This document shows positions 63,902 through 64,000 of a stretch of 64,000 nt of DNA, piece after piece (position 1 is the stretch's first letter; each line of letters starts with the position of its first letter). The translations under genes and the position numbers were made by a program. This stretch comes from Haliotis cracherodii (Eukaryota), in assembly GCF_022045235.1 (NCBI RefSeq), contig NW_027266286.1, positions 28,954,001 through 29,018,000 on the forward strand. The letters are read 5' to 3'. A model generated the notes under the pieces. It did not search any database, was not told the DNA's origin, and saw nothing but the letters and a program-made list of their open reading frames with translations.

Positions 63902-64000
63902 CCGTATTCGACTTAATAAGCGCCCATGGCGATATTTGCTATTAATATATTGGCTAGTGAACAATCCAAATAAGCACCCCTTCCAAATGATCAATGTACA
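63902..64000 (+). mobile_element. Family F MITE, runs off the window
   Basis: ccgtattcgacttaataagcgccc left TIR. Confidence 0.85.

Overview
Eukaryotic, AT-rich, repeat-dense genomic DNA. The repeat families look molluscan (gastropod, abalone-like), which is my inference. The only host coding sequence I can support is one 124-bp internal exon on the minus strand (30890-31013). It encodes part of the N-terminal EH domain of a REPS1/REPS2-like protein, so essentially the whole window appears to be two very large introns (>30 kb each side). These contain: (i) four SINE/SINE-like retroposon families with related 3' tails; (ii) many non-autonomous DNA transposons (pogo/Tigger-like, hAT, Mutator-like, Harbinger-like, Helentron-like), often nested and with visible TSDs; (iii) a decayed ZNF862-like hAT transposase; (iv) about ten minisatellite arrays, which explain all long ORFs in the ORF track. 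I see no prokaryotic operon, CRISPR array, rRNA or functional tRNA. Best leads: a covarying pseudoknotted RNA fold at the exact 5' end of a head-less retroposon (ribozyme/processing-signal candidate), a strong orientation bias that keeps GTGAGT splice-donor-like tails off the pre-mRNA strand, a self-inserting 157-bp MITE with 5/6-bp TSDs, and a MITE whose core has amplified into a minisatellite. Family labels A-I are mine; all counts are by eye.
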